A stretch of DNA of 56,022 nt, counting the filler, from Sphacelaria rigidula (Eukaryota), in NCBI GenBank assembly GCA_964200075.2. It is 4 parts of 4 records of this genome, joined end to end, with 100 filler letters (N's around TTAATTAATTAA, not from the genome) between each part and the next. Parts side by side here need not be neighbours in the genome. Positions count along the whole stretch, not along the records: positions 1 to 13,932 come from CAXNAA020002576.1; 3 more parts are not named here. One strand, written 5' to 3'. How positions within the stretch are numbered: position 1 is the first letter of the stretch; each line of letters starts with the position of its first letter. Below the pieces are notes generated by a model. It saw nothing but the letters and a program-made list of their open reading frames with translations, was not told the origin of the DNA and searched no databases. Made by a program: the position numbers and the translations under genes. Shown one piece after another: positions 1 to 10,809 of the stretch.

Positions 1-39
1 GTACTCTGGGAGTGTACGTCAATACACGCCCGTCACCTC

Positions 40-800
40 AAAAAATCGAGGGAGTCACGATCTCGGAACGGTTTCCCCCGATTTTTTCGAAAAATCGGGA
101 AAAACCTTTCCGAGATCGTAACCCCACGATTTTTTCGGCCCCGACTCTGTCCAAATCCGTGTCCATAAAATGCGTTCCCCGATATTTTGTCCCCCCGATT
201 TTGAAAAAATCAAGATTCGTGCTTGCCATAAAATTGGGTCTTAGGCGATGGCTGCGCAAGGTATACTGCACACCACACACACGCTGTCGACTGTCGACCC
301 CTTGTGTCGTCAGCCACACCGCGACCTCTCGGCATCAAAAGTTTGTGGCTCTGCGAAAACGGCACCGATTGATGTTTCGGAGGTCAGGTGGTCACATCGA
401 CCGTCCGGTACGGTGCAGATAGTCCAGTGCGAATCATGTCAAGTAGAGACTGGTGAAGAACGTCTTCCGACGTTTCCCCCGAAAGTTCAGCACATTGGTG
501 ACAAGAACGATTCCCGGCAGTTCGCTTGTTGTCAGAACCCAATTTATACCATCAACCCAACCGAGTCGATGCCTGTGCGTTGATGATGCTACAGTAGTGG
601 GCGGTCTATTCGTTTGATGGCATTTTGTGAGTTTTTCGTAATTGGCGATTCTGTTGGGCTCTTTGCACTTGCCACCGCTCATCACCTCGGGGATCTGAAG
701 ATATTTGTATCCGCTCCACATTCCAAGAATGAAAAAATCATCTGTGTTCAATATTGAGTCACTTACGGGATGACCGGTAGTCGGGGGTCCTGCCACATTT
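40..800 (-). pseudogene. Possible degenerate DNA-transposon (CACTA/EnSpm-like) transposase remnant with palindromic subterminal repeats
   Basis: Broken minus frames read ...EDVLHQSLLDMIRTG...VADDTRG...ACVWC, loosely like CACTA transposase motifs. AAAAATCGGG/CCCGATTTTT inverted repeats lie at 40-210. Resemblance is weak. Confidence 0.25.
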
Positions 801-1629
801 CAGCTCAGATTCTTACTTTCCGATATTTTTGGTCGATCGAGCCTGTCCCGACCATATTTGTGAAGGAATGTACAAATTCATTTTTTTGAAATTCTACCTA
901 CTCATTGCACTAGAGCCGAAAAACTGTGTTTCACGGTCAATAACACACTGCTGATAAACGGGTTTTTTACTCGAATCGCCTGGTAAAACCAACCAACACT
1001 GACTCGGGCACTGTGATTCGAGGATGATAGGTTTATTGTACCAAAATCTACCGGCTCTAGCAATTTCGAGTTCTATCGAAGAGTAGTGTGCGAGGAAAAC
1101 CCCAAAACACCCCTGAATAGTTAGACCGCCCACTACTGTACACAGTATCGAAAGAGGTCACGTTAGGTATCAATTTTTCAGGTGGATTTCAATTTTGTGT
1201 CGAAGCACTCGTCCGGACTTGATTAATATTTACCCTCTCGCACAACCGGCGCGTCGCACGAGGGCCTCGGCAGATCATCCCCTATATACATATAATACTC
1301 GTTCACCCTAAGGCGTATTGCACCATGGACGAAGCACCATCATTTTCTACATGAGGCACGGTTGATGACCACCTCCTGGAGAAAACTACCTTGAAGAGTA
1401 CAAATCTACTCGTGCTATCTATCCGCAGAAAGAAATTTGAAACGCAGTATCACCACCACCATCGTTGCCCGCTTCCGTTGCCGAGTCTTCTCTCTCCGAC
1501 CAGAGGCATTCCGAATATGAATCGCGAATCTAGTCGGCGCCATAATCGATGGCGGCGCCACCCGGCTTCGTCGCCCGCCACAGTTGCCACCACCGGCGAC
1601 ATCGCGGCTACACTCCCCCCCCCCAACCC

Positions 1630-1750
1630 ACCTCTGTCTCGAAAGGGATGCGTGGTCAATGGCCAAACGACAAAGTCGAGCAACAACTGAGTACGCCCCT
1701 CCGCCCCCCCCAATGGTCTTATGACTATGGCATGCATGATCATGAGTACA
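1630..1750 (+). mobile_element. 5'-truncated non-LTR retroposon tails (family A then family B) inside one target-site duplication
   Basis: Family A tail ctcgaaagggatgcgtggtcaatgg...tgagtacgccc is followed by family B tail catgcatgatcatgagtaca. CCCCAACCC flanks both sides, at 1621-1629 and 1751-1759. Confidence 0.75.
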
Positions 1751-3084
1751 CCCCAACCCGTCTGACGCCGCCGCTGAATCCGACCAGCGGGCGACCGCTG
1801 CCAGTTCGCTGCCGATGACGCTCGCGCGTGTCGCCGCTACTCACGCTTCCGCCGTCTCCCCCAGCCTTTAGTCAACACCACCACCGCATCCCGCCGCGTC
1901 CGCCATCGCCGCCGCTGCTCTCCCGCCCCTTTGTTCGCCTGCTACCGCCGCCGCGGCAAACTGCGGGGCGAGTCTCTAGCTCTCTATCGTCTAAGACACC
2001 CGCACCGCCAGCCATTCCCGCAATGCCTCGCCCGCTTGTAACTGCTGCGGCGCAGGATTCCTGGACGGGCGCGTCTGTGCCCTCACTGACGGAACCCATG
2101 CAGCATGCCGTAGCCACCACAGAACCGGCCGCCGGCCGCCGTCGTCGAGGCTCCCCGTGCCCCCGTCAAACGCACCCTCCCACTCCTGCCACAGCCGTTG
2201 GCGTGAAGCCACTCAGGACAGACGGTATTCTGCCCCCATGCGTGACGATCAAGGGTCCAGTATTGTCGATTAGTACTCGCTTCAAAGTATCGACCAGATA
2301 ACTCGGCGTGAGCTTGTTCTTCTCCAAAAGCAAGCTTTGGGAGCCTGCCCCTCAGGGCAAGGGCTGTCGTTGTTGACGTAGGATGGAACTTTTTTTCGCA
2401 CTTTTGGAGACAATCCGTTCGCGCTCGTTGCTCAGCGCCTTGATGATTCCCACGGTGTCAGGATCATCGCATGCAAGCACCAATAGCTCGGTCCCGGCGT
2501 CCGTTCATTCAGTATTCACCCTCACGGTATCGTAGACTGCTGGGTACTCGCCCTCGATCACGACCTGGGCAAGTCCCTGTGCGCCTCGACGGCATCGTCG
2601 ACAGCATGACGCTGCGCTACGGAGTACGGATCTCGCTGTTCTGCGTGGGAACGGGCAGATGTTTTCCACTACACGACTATACTTTTGTTGAAGTTCCCCA
2701 AACCCGAGCAGGCAAGACAGTGGGACCGCATCAAACGGCGTCGGAGGGGCGGAATGAGGGAAAGGTGAACGCGTGTCAGGGGGAAATACATCAGTCATTC
2801 TGCCTGTTCGGCATTCTCACTGTGAAAACATGAGAAAAGCGTCTATTAGTGCACCAACAATGAAAATATTTCAGCAACGACCGACCGAGGTAAGCTATCT
2901 GTTGCTTGCTGCTGAGGAGGCAGGGGTGAGTGTGCTCCTTCACCGGCGCTGTCTTCACCAGACCACATATCGGTAGCTGATAGTCCTCCCACCTTCATTA
3001 CAATTCCCAATGCTGGATGGGTCGGACGCTCCGACCTTGAGAAGTGTCCTCCCCCCTCTCCTTCGAAGCTGAGAAATATTCGGC

Positions 3085-3487
3085 GGAGTTCAAGTGGAAG
3101 TGGGGAAAAGAGGAATTGTCTATCGTGGACAAGTATGCATACCTTAGCGTGAAAATATAAAAAAAAAAAACTGTTCTTGGGATGCACACATAACAAAGTA
3201 ATGGGAAAGGGTAAGACACAGATAGGCAGGATCGACGTGATCCTCAGAGACCCGCACCTAGACACTAGGATTGAGAGATGTATCCTGATGAACGTGATCG
3301 TGCCAAAGCTGGAATATGCAGGAGTATGGGAGGGGAACGTGAAGTTGGTGGAGAAGTTGGAAACAGTACAGATGGTAGCAGCTAAGAAAATACTTGGATG
3401 CTCGAAAAGGACGAGTAGTACAGTCCTGAGAGCAGAGTTGGGGATGCACTCACTTGAAACAAACAGAGACATGAGAAAATTGACATA
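3085..3487 (+). mobile_element. LINE (non-LTR retrotransposon) ORF2 fragment, end of RT domain and thumb
   Basis: Reads KWGKEELSIVDKYAYL (RT motif 7, like YKYLG), then VIVPKLEYAGVW...LETVQMVAAKKILGCSKRTSSTVLRAELGMHSLETNRDMRKL. The frame resumes at 10023. Confidence 0.8.
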
Positions 3488-3525
3488 CAGACTGGTTCAC
3501 GGTGATCACCCAAAAAACACTCATC

Positions 3526-4460
3526 GGCAAAACCTCACGCCGTTTTAAGGAGTTAGACCCTGAAATTTGGCAAATATGTTCTATGGGTAATCACGCAACT
3601 TTTGATGATCGAGGTTTTTTTTAACTTTTAAACTTTTTTCACTGTTTTTCGGGGGTCCCAGTTTTTTGGGGGAAACCTCGACCCAATTGGACCCCCGTAA
3701 TACGGTAACAGAAAACAAGATAAAAAACCTCGTCCATCCAAGGTTGCGTAATGCCCCAAAGCACAGTGTGCAAAATGTCAGGGTCTAACTCCTTCAAACG
3801 GCGTGAGGTTTTTGGCCTTTTGAAGTTTGCCGTACCGCGGTGAAACCGCAAACTACTTCATTTCAGTACAAAAACGGCGTTTTTTAGCCTTCTTTGACGT
3901 GAACATGGAAATTCAAGCATCAGTTGATCGAGTATTCCGACGAAAAATTGTGGAGCCCATCCCTGGGTTATGCGGAGGCAGATAGTTCACGAAAAGATGA
4001 AAAAAGTATCGTAGTGCCGTTTTTCTGGGGTCCTAAAATGGAGACCATTTCGAAAATCGGATAGGCACCGTCGCTTGGCGTGGTGACCCCCGTAATACGG
4101 TAACAAAAAACAAGATAAAAAACCTCGTCCATCCAAAGTTGCATGATGTCCCAAAGCACAGTTGTGCAAAATTTCACGGTCTAACTCCTGAAAACGGCGT
4201 GAGGTTTTTCGTTTTTGTACGATGAACTTTGCCGTGCCGGGGTGAAACCGCAAAGTACTTGATTTTAGTACCAAGACGGCGTTTTTGGGTCTTCTTTGAC
4301 GTGAGGTTGGAAATCCAAGCATCAGTTGATCGAGTTTTGCGACGAAAATTTGCGGGGCCCATCCTTGAGTTATGCGGAGGCAGATAGTTTGCGAAAAAAA
4401 GGAGAAAACACATCGTAATGCCGTTTTTCTGGGGTCCCAGGATGGAGACTACTTCCAACA
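3526..4460. repeat. Subterminal repeat array of the transposon: ~95-bp inverted repeat plus two ~395-bp tandem units
   Basis: 3526-3620 is inverted relative to 3722-3815. ACCCCCGTAATACGGTAACA starts at 3691 and at 4086 (period 395). Confidence 0.8.
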
Positions 4461-4739
4461 TAAAATATATACGCTTCCTTGAGCTAACACGGCTGTCGTT
4501 AATCCATGGAAGCTCTTTCTCAACGAATTATGGTGGGAGACTTCGTAGGGCAGCATCGCGTACCCTCGTTCTGCCCCTCTTCCCCCCCTGAGAAGGAGAA
4601 TCGGGACTTTGCTGCCGTCACATGGCGGGGGGCTGTACCTCCATATCGACCTCCGTTTGGCATCAACTACCGAAAACGTGAAACGTCATGGCCGTTGGGC
4701 GTCTCAGACGAATTGATATTTATGAGTGTATCATCGTTT

Positions 4740-5080
4740 CCGCACATTATTCGGATCTCTCGAACCCGTGGTTACAAACGTAGGCTCGTCTTTCCAATAC
4801 CGCCCCTGCTATTCCTTGCAAGACATGGGTTTCTCATGGTGTATCTGCAGACTTCACACAAGAAAAAAAAAGTACAAACAAAACAACACAACATTTTAAT
4901 GCATAGAGATACGCCAAAAAAACAGATGAGAACTGCAGTAGCTTCCCACGAGTGTATCGGGTGAAAAAAAATAAGATCCAGACCTGCTACCAAAGCGTAC
5001 AGAACAAATAAAAAGAGAAAGAAACAAGAGAATAGAGGACAAGCTACAAGAGCAACAAACCACCACGCTTCACGCCCCCC
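4740..5080. repeat. Interspersed repeat, second copy at ~50370-50700
   Basis: gatctctcgaa(c/t)ccgtgg...acgtaggctcgtctttccaataccg is shared, followed in both copies by A-rich sequence and gtagcttccc. Confidence 0.6.
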
Positions 5081-5166
5081 CAAAACACAATACTGTAGTG
5101 CAACTCACAGGATGTAGGATTTGTAACCCCGTGCGCACGTCACCTCCACAGACAGCGTCTATCTAA

Positions 5167-8100
5167 CTAATTGTCCTGGATGAATGTAACTTCCATGTCC
5201 ACGATATGTCAGTGCGCCTTGCACATTGCCACCATCTTCTCAATGAGCTTGAATCCCTCTGCCCCACCGTGCTTTCGCTTCAACTCCTCTAAGGCAGCAC
5301 CGCCAAGTAACGCATAGGTACGGCGGTAATCCCTCCAGTGCCGAGCAAACCTTCGAATCCGGCCTAGGGTGAGAATCGTCTCCCTGTTCAGCGCCTTCAG
5401 CATGTTATCTTTCAATTTTTTAGGCTCCTCGTCGTTGATCCTTCGCCGAAACTCAAGCTTCCCCTTTCCCCAGGAGTACTCGATACCTACCCCTGCCAAC
5501 TCCGGGTGGCATTTCGGTGACATAATCAGTATATGCCCGCGACTCTCGAATACATGCTGCAGCGTGGTCCTCTCCTCTTTGAAATCGGGGCAGTCCCCCA
5601 GAACGGTGAAGATGTTCTTGCCACTTACAGGGTCCGCCGAACCCGTCATGCCATCTTCCCATAACCCCCTCTCCCACAGCATTCGGCGAATTCCCTTCGG
5701 CTTGCCCTCGTATCCGATGATGGGTTCATCCAGCATTTTGGGCGTTTTCCTCCCGCCCTTGCCCGCAGCACACACTCGTACTTTACGGCCTTTCTTTGCA
5801 CTCTTCGCCGGTGCCGTGGGATCATAAAACGGCGGAGGGTCTCCAACCTGAAAGGTGGCGTGCTGCATGTCGCCCGGTTTTAGCTTGCAGTCCACTTCCT
5901 TCCCCCTCCACGTCATGGTCGCCGGCTTCGGACCCAAGCAGCCTGCCGTCACCGTTGTACTGCGCATACTCGACCCCTTGGCCCCGCCCCACTTGACGTT
6001 CAGGTTGCCGACGTGCAAACCATCCTCCCGATACTTGGCATGTCCGCTGGAGTGATCCAACTCCATCACCACCTGCCAGTCCGGGTACAACACCTCGAAG
6101 CAGTCCATTATGTCAAACCACTGCTCCGCAAACATATCGTACTTCCAATAGCCCTCCTTGTTCTTCCCGTGCTCCAAAACCCTTGTCCCTGGGGTCTGCT
6201 TGAGGGCACCGCAACATTGGGTTGAGCGGAAAGCGTTCACACGCGCCAGCTCGTCCCCCGTCATCTTAAATCCAAACCCCCGAATCTCATCCTGAAAGGT
6301 AAAGACCATGATTCCTGGACCCTCTGTTTTCTTTCTCATCCCACGCACACCGGTCATTACCCACTCCTTCCCCTCTCGGCGATACGCTTTAAATATGCAC
6401 GCATCCTGCCCCATATGCCACGCAGGCAAATGGCATTTGCATACGCCCTTGTGGTGCGCACGACACGGACTTTCCGCCTCCGCTCTGAAACGTACGCTCA
6501 AGTTCCCGCCGATCTCCGATTTTGCACGCACAATATTGGACGCACTGTCGGCAGTCGACGTTTTCTTTCCGCCCCCCTCAGCCTTCCGTCCAAGCCGATC
6601 CACGTGAAGTTCGATGAAATCCTGGCCCTCGCGCTTGTACTTGTATACCTCGCAGGGCAGGCTGTCATTCTCGATGGACCTGACAGCGTCATCGGGCACA
6701 TCGGCGAGGGGCATCTGCACCCACACCGGCTGCCGAAAGGAAAGCCGCCGTAGCTCTGCCAGATACACCAACCGGTCAGCTACAACGTCGGGTTTGTTGT
6801 GGCCGTCGGTGTAGTAAGTCTGAGTCGCGCGGTTATACACACAATCTGCACGCTTCATCCACGAGTGCACCAAGCCCCGCGAAACGGGCGTTACTATGCC
6901 GTACACGTCCTTCATCTTTGCAGTGTCCATGTTGGTGTGCGTTTTAGTGAGAAGCTTGGTATTCACGTAGTCGACGACCTTCGATACGGTCAAGCGCTTC
7001 TCTGTTTTCGAGTGCATCAGCAACGTGTGCAAGAGGTCGTCCTCGGTGAGGATCCATTCCTTGCGCGCTGCGCCTCTCTCATCTAATTTGAAGTACCCCA
7101 GTTTGTTGAACTGGTTTTACCAAGCGATCGTCGGCATGGAATACGCTTCCCCCACCCTCTTCATTTCCTCCAGCCCTCCCTCTGCTCCGTCTCGAAAGGG
7201 ATGCGTGGTCAATGGTCAAATGACTAAGGCAAGCAACAAATGAGTACGCCCCCCCTCTATTGCTTCGTTGCACCCGGCGCCCCCCAACAAGTCGGCAGCA
7301 GCCAACGCCTCCTTCGCCACGTCCGCCTCATCTCTGTGTCGCCGCGCTAGGGCCTCCAGCACCTTCATCGTAGTGCAGGCCTGTTCGCCCACACGGCCGA
7401 TCTGGTGGGGTGAGCAGCCGTTGATGGCCGTCTTCCTCGCCTCGTGTGCCGCGAGGGCGGCGTCAGCAGCTGCCCTCACTTGAGCGGCACAGTCTCCATC
7501 CCCCGACATACTGAGTTTTTTCCCGAACTCCTTTTCAAATTTCGCAACCGCGACGCGGGCTGCGTCCTGTTGTGTGACTGCTGCGTTCTCGGCGACCTTT
7601 GCGACACCATCAGTTATCTTGGCATTGGTGGCTGCTTGTTCCCACTCCACTCGTGCCTTTGTTGCGGCCACGACCTTCGGGTGGGTGATGGTATCATCAG
7701 TGCGCGGTATAGCGAAACACGGTTCGGCGTCCGCTGCTAGTAGCTGACACGTCGCCTCCGCCGCGTAAGCTTCCCTTTTGTCCTCCTCGGCTTTATTGCG
7801 GGCAGCATCTGCTTCAACGGCGGAGGCGGAAGTGCGATCCAATGCGTCCGCCGCAAGCTTTGCGGCGAGTATTTCGGGAGGGCCCGACACGTTGGCTTCG
7901 TGTGCGGCTGCGTTTGGTAGAGACGGCGGCTGTTCTTGAGGCTCCAACAGTTGTACCGCCAGCCCCCAGCTGATCATTGAAAAAATCGCCGCCGCCTTTT
8001 CGTCTTCCTCTTCAGCATCCTTCTCCAGCTGGTCTACTCGCCTCTCCATGTAACCCCTGCGAAAGCGATGTCTTCGATCGGGGGCCGCCTTTTTTCTCCA

Positions 8101-8220
8101 CTGATGTACACCTCGGGCGAGCCCGGCGTGTTGCAGCCTGTTGCAGCGTAGCCGCATCGCATCTTTGGCAAGCTTCCGTAGTCCCGTCAGCGCCCTCGCA
8201 CGGGCTATTTTCAGTTTCAC
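5167..8220 (-). pseudogene. IS630/Tc1/mariner-type DDE transposase pseudogene (~1000 aa reconstructed; 607-aa core at 5209-7032)
   Basis: Motifs: YYTDGHNKPDVV, GQDACIF (D1), GKNKEGYW, ELDHSSGH (D2), PKGIRRMLWERG, SPKCHPELAGVGIEYSWG (E). Lesions: TAA at 7117-7119, an insertion at 7184-7258 and a probable CGA>TGA at 5209-5211. Removing the insertion joins the 7216-8220 ORF in frame. Confidence 0.85.
7184..7252 (+). mobile_element. 69-bp LINE 3' tail (family A) inserted in the transposase gene
   Basis: Matches the 3' end of the LINE at 10730-10800. CCCTCT is duplicated at 7178-7183 and 7253-7258. Confidence 0.85.
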
Positions 8221-10022
8221 CGCACAGGGACGAGAAGTCTCGTGATTTGTCTTTGGACCTGATGATTATGTGGTGAAACGGACGACAGATCCGAGTGCAC
8301 AAACAACTCTTTAGCACACGTTTGTACAGCAGGGAACGCACGTCTTGCTTGAGAAACGCAATGGCTACTACACGTGAGTCTTGGTACACGAGAGCAGTGT
8401 GCGCAAATCAGTGCAGTTCATAACGCGTGCATCACAACAGAAAGGAACACGTGTTTGTTACGCACTCGCGGTGGAAGGCACGACACAGATCATCGCAAAG
8501 TATTGACATCGCACGTACGACGGCGCACAAGCTACCACGCGTGATGGTGTAAAACAGCTCGCTTTTCCACGCTCAACTACTCGACTACAGAGGGTGACGG
8601 CCGAAAAGGGCGGCATTCAACAAGTCTTCTGGAGAGCTTTTCCAAAACGTATCATGTTACTGTACTGTAGGAACGGGGCGCTCTTGGTGGCGGATTCATC
8701 CATCTTTGAACCCGTTGGGTATATATACCGTCACCCACAGCTCCTTCTCTTCCGTTGTACTTGTGATGGAACACGCATCTTATGTTTCGATTGCATCCAC
8801 AGCACCGTGCGCGCGGCACAGTTGGAGGGAAAAACATCAGCGGGCGTGCAGCAGTCTGCATACAAGGACATGGTTGCTGTACTTGTACCTTTCCATCTCT
8901 GCAGAATGTACAGCATTTGTTGACCCTGTGTACTGTACAGTGCCTGTACTATACTGCTTTCAACGTGCATTGCCCCACTACCAAGACGGCGCCACTGTCG
9001 AAAAGGGCGAAGATGGGATGATATTATGGGGATTTTTCCAACAACGCTTCTTGTGGTATTCGGACGCTCTCGGTGGAGAAGCCAACAAGACTTTTGAATC
9101 ATGGGGGTTGTATAGACCGTCATCGACGGTGCATTGCACCACACAGTACTTGTGTTCCACTTGTCCTGTATCTGCAGCAGTCGACAGCAGCTTGTGCACA
9201 ACACAGGTAGAGCAGAAAACGCTAGCTTTACTTGCACACTCACTTCTCTGCAGATTCTACAGCGCAATGAGTCCCCTGTGTACTGTACGGCAACGATCGC
9301 AATCTACTGTGGCGTGCGTACTCGTGCAGACTGCTGCAGCTGTTGCTGTACTGTACAGTATTGCACCGCAGGTTGTCAACAACAGTGGGCTCACCATTTG
9401 CAGGAGAGTGACTTATCCTCCTCGGCTCCTCCTGCCCGTATGTCCAGTTCTCTGCGTCCGCGAGCGCAGCTGCCCGCGTTTCGTACTTGTTCGAAGTGTC
9501 TCTTCTTGCACCGACGCCGTATGTTCGCGCATAGTACGTGCACTTCAGTTTCCAGCGCTTCGTTTTTTTGTCTTGCACCGCCCCCACAGATGTCACTTTG
9601 CGCTTTGGAGTGGGCAAATTGCCGTCTATAGCTTGTAGTGCGCTCATGTGTCGGCTCTGACTGCGTACCACGCCCGTGTGTGCAGGTGCGTACAGGCACG
9701 CAGCAGCACAACACACCTCTACTGTGCAGCACGAGCGATTGTCCCGCTGCCAAATCTAACAGAAAACGCGGCGGAACTGTTTTCTTCATCTACGTTTCGG
9801 AGATTCCTGCGTATTCTTGAAATATTTCAAGGGCGCTGATTGGTCGAGACACATTTTTGTCCATAGCGCCACCGCTACGGCCTTGATAAAAAATCCGACT
9901 ATGTCACCCTCTTCGTCTGTTCATTGCGGTCAGTATGATACCAGATATGCAGCTGTTGGGTAAGTATCGCGGAAGGCATTTGCTGATGACACAATTTTGG
10001 GTGATAAGCGTGAACCAGCCTG

Positions 10023-10800
10023 TGGCAATATAGCGTAAAGAACATGCAGAGGAAAAGATTGCCAGCTGTAGTTAATGAGGTTGTGTGGAAGAAAAGTACG
10101 AAAGGGAATGCTGGAATAAGGTGGGATAGAGTAATGGAGAAAGTATGGAAAGAGGAAGGAGGAAACCAAGACGAAATACTCTCCATAGATGAAGGCGCGG
10201 GGTACAAGACAAAAGTAAGAAACATGATAAAAATAAGGGGGAAATGAGCGCTCAGACGCAAAGTAGACGAGGAAGAACACCTGAAGATATACGGAGGGTT
10301 GAGAGAGGGGGTAGGGATGAAAGTAGATGTGCATGACCCAATGGAAGCTGCGAAGAAGCTGAAACTGTGATTTCCGGTGGGTGACCCGGACCTGCCAAAA
10401 AGAGTGAAGAGATTTACCAGTCGTCGAAACGAGGAGGAAGTAGATGGACAGAACTGCCTCTGTGGCGAAGCAATAGAGAGCAGAAGTCATATTGGGGAAG
10501 AATGTGAACTATGCTAGGAGGAACGGGACGTGCTAGAGGGGGAAATGAAGGACGTGCACGAAGGTGGCATGAAATCGTTTGGTGCATTAGACAGTAGGGA
10601 GATACATGGTGGCTACAGACGGCAAAACGGGACGGGGATAAGATATGTAGAAGGTTTTTGTGTAATGTATGGAAGAAACGTAATGAGCGCCGGGATGTTG
10701 GAAGTATCTCTCATAGGAGTGGGAACGGTGCTCCGCCTCGAAAGGGATGCGTGGTCAATGATCAAACTACTAAGGCAAGCAACAAATGAGTACCCCCCCC
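10023..10800 (+). mobile_element. LINE ORF2 C-terminus with CCHC-type zinc finger, 3' UTR and oligo(C) tail
   Basis: WQYSVKNMQRKRLP...LKIYGGLREG...CLCGEAIESRSHIGEEC with several stops. Ends gcaacaaatgagtaCCCCCCCC. Continues the 3085-3487 fragment. Confidence 0.8.
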
Positions 10801-10809
10801 GTCGTGTCC

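Larger units (their letters stand above)
3488..10022 (-). mobile_element. 6.5-kb TIR DNA transposon of the IS630/Tc1/mariner superfamily
   Basis: Left end CAGACTGGTTCACGGTGATCACCCAAAA...TCATCGGCAAA matches the reverse complement of the right end, CAGGCTGGTTCACGCTTATCACCCAAAA...TCATCAGCAAA. Flanks are TA (3486-3487) and TG (10023-10024). It interrupts a LINE ORF and contains a DDE transposase. Confidence 0.8.

Noticed and set aside
8706..9638. 310-aa plus-strand ORF
   Set aside because: TTG start, Cys/Val/Leu composition explained by tgtac/cagt-rich DNA, and no motif.
3488..10022. Fanzor/TnpB cargo in the large mariner-like element
   Set aside because: I found no RuvC (DPG...E...D) or CxxC zinc-finger pattern in the non-transposase parts. 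A very decayed copy cannot be excluded without an HMM search.
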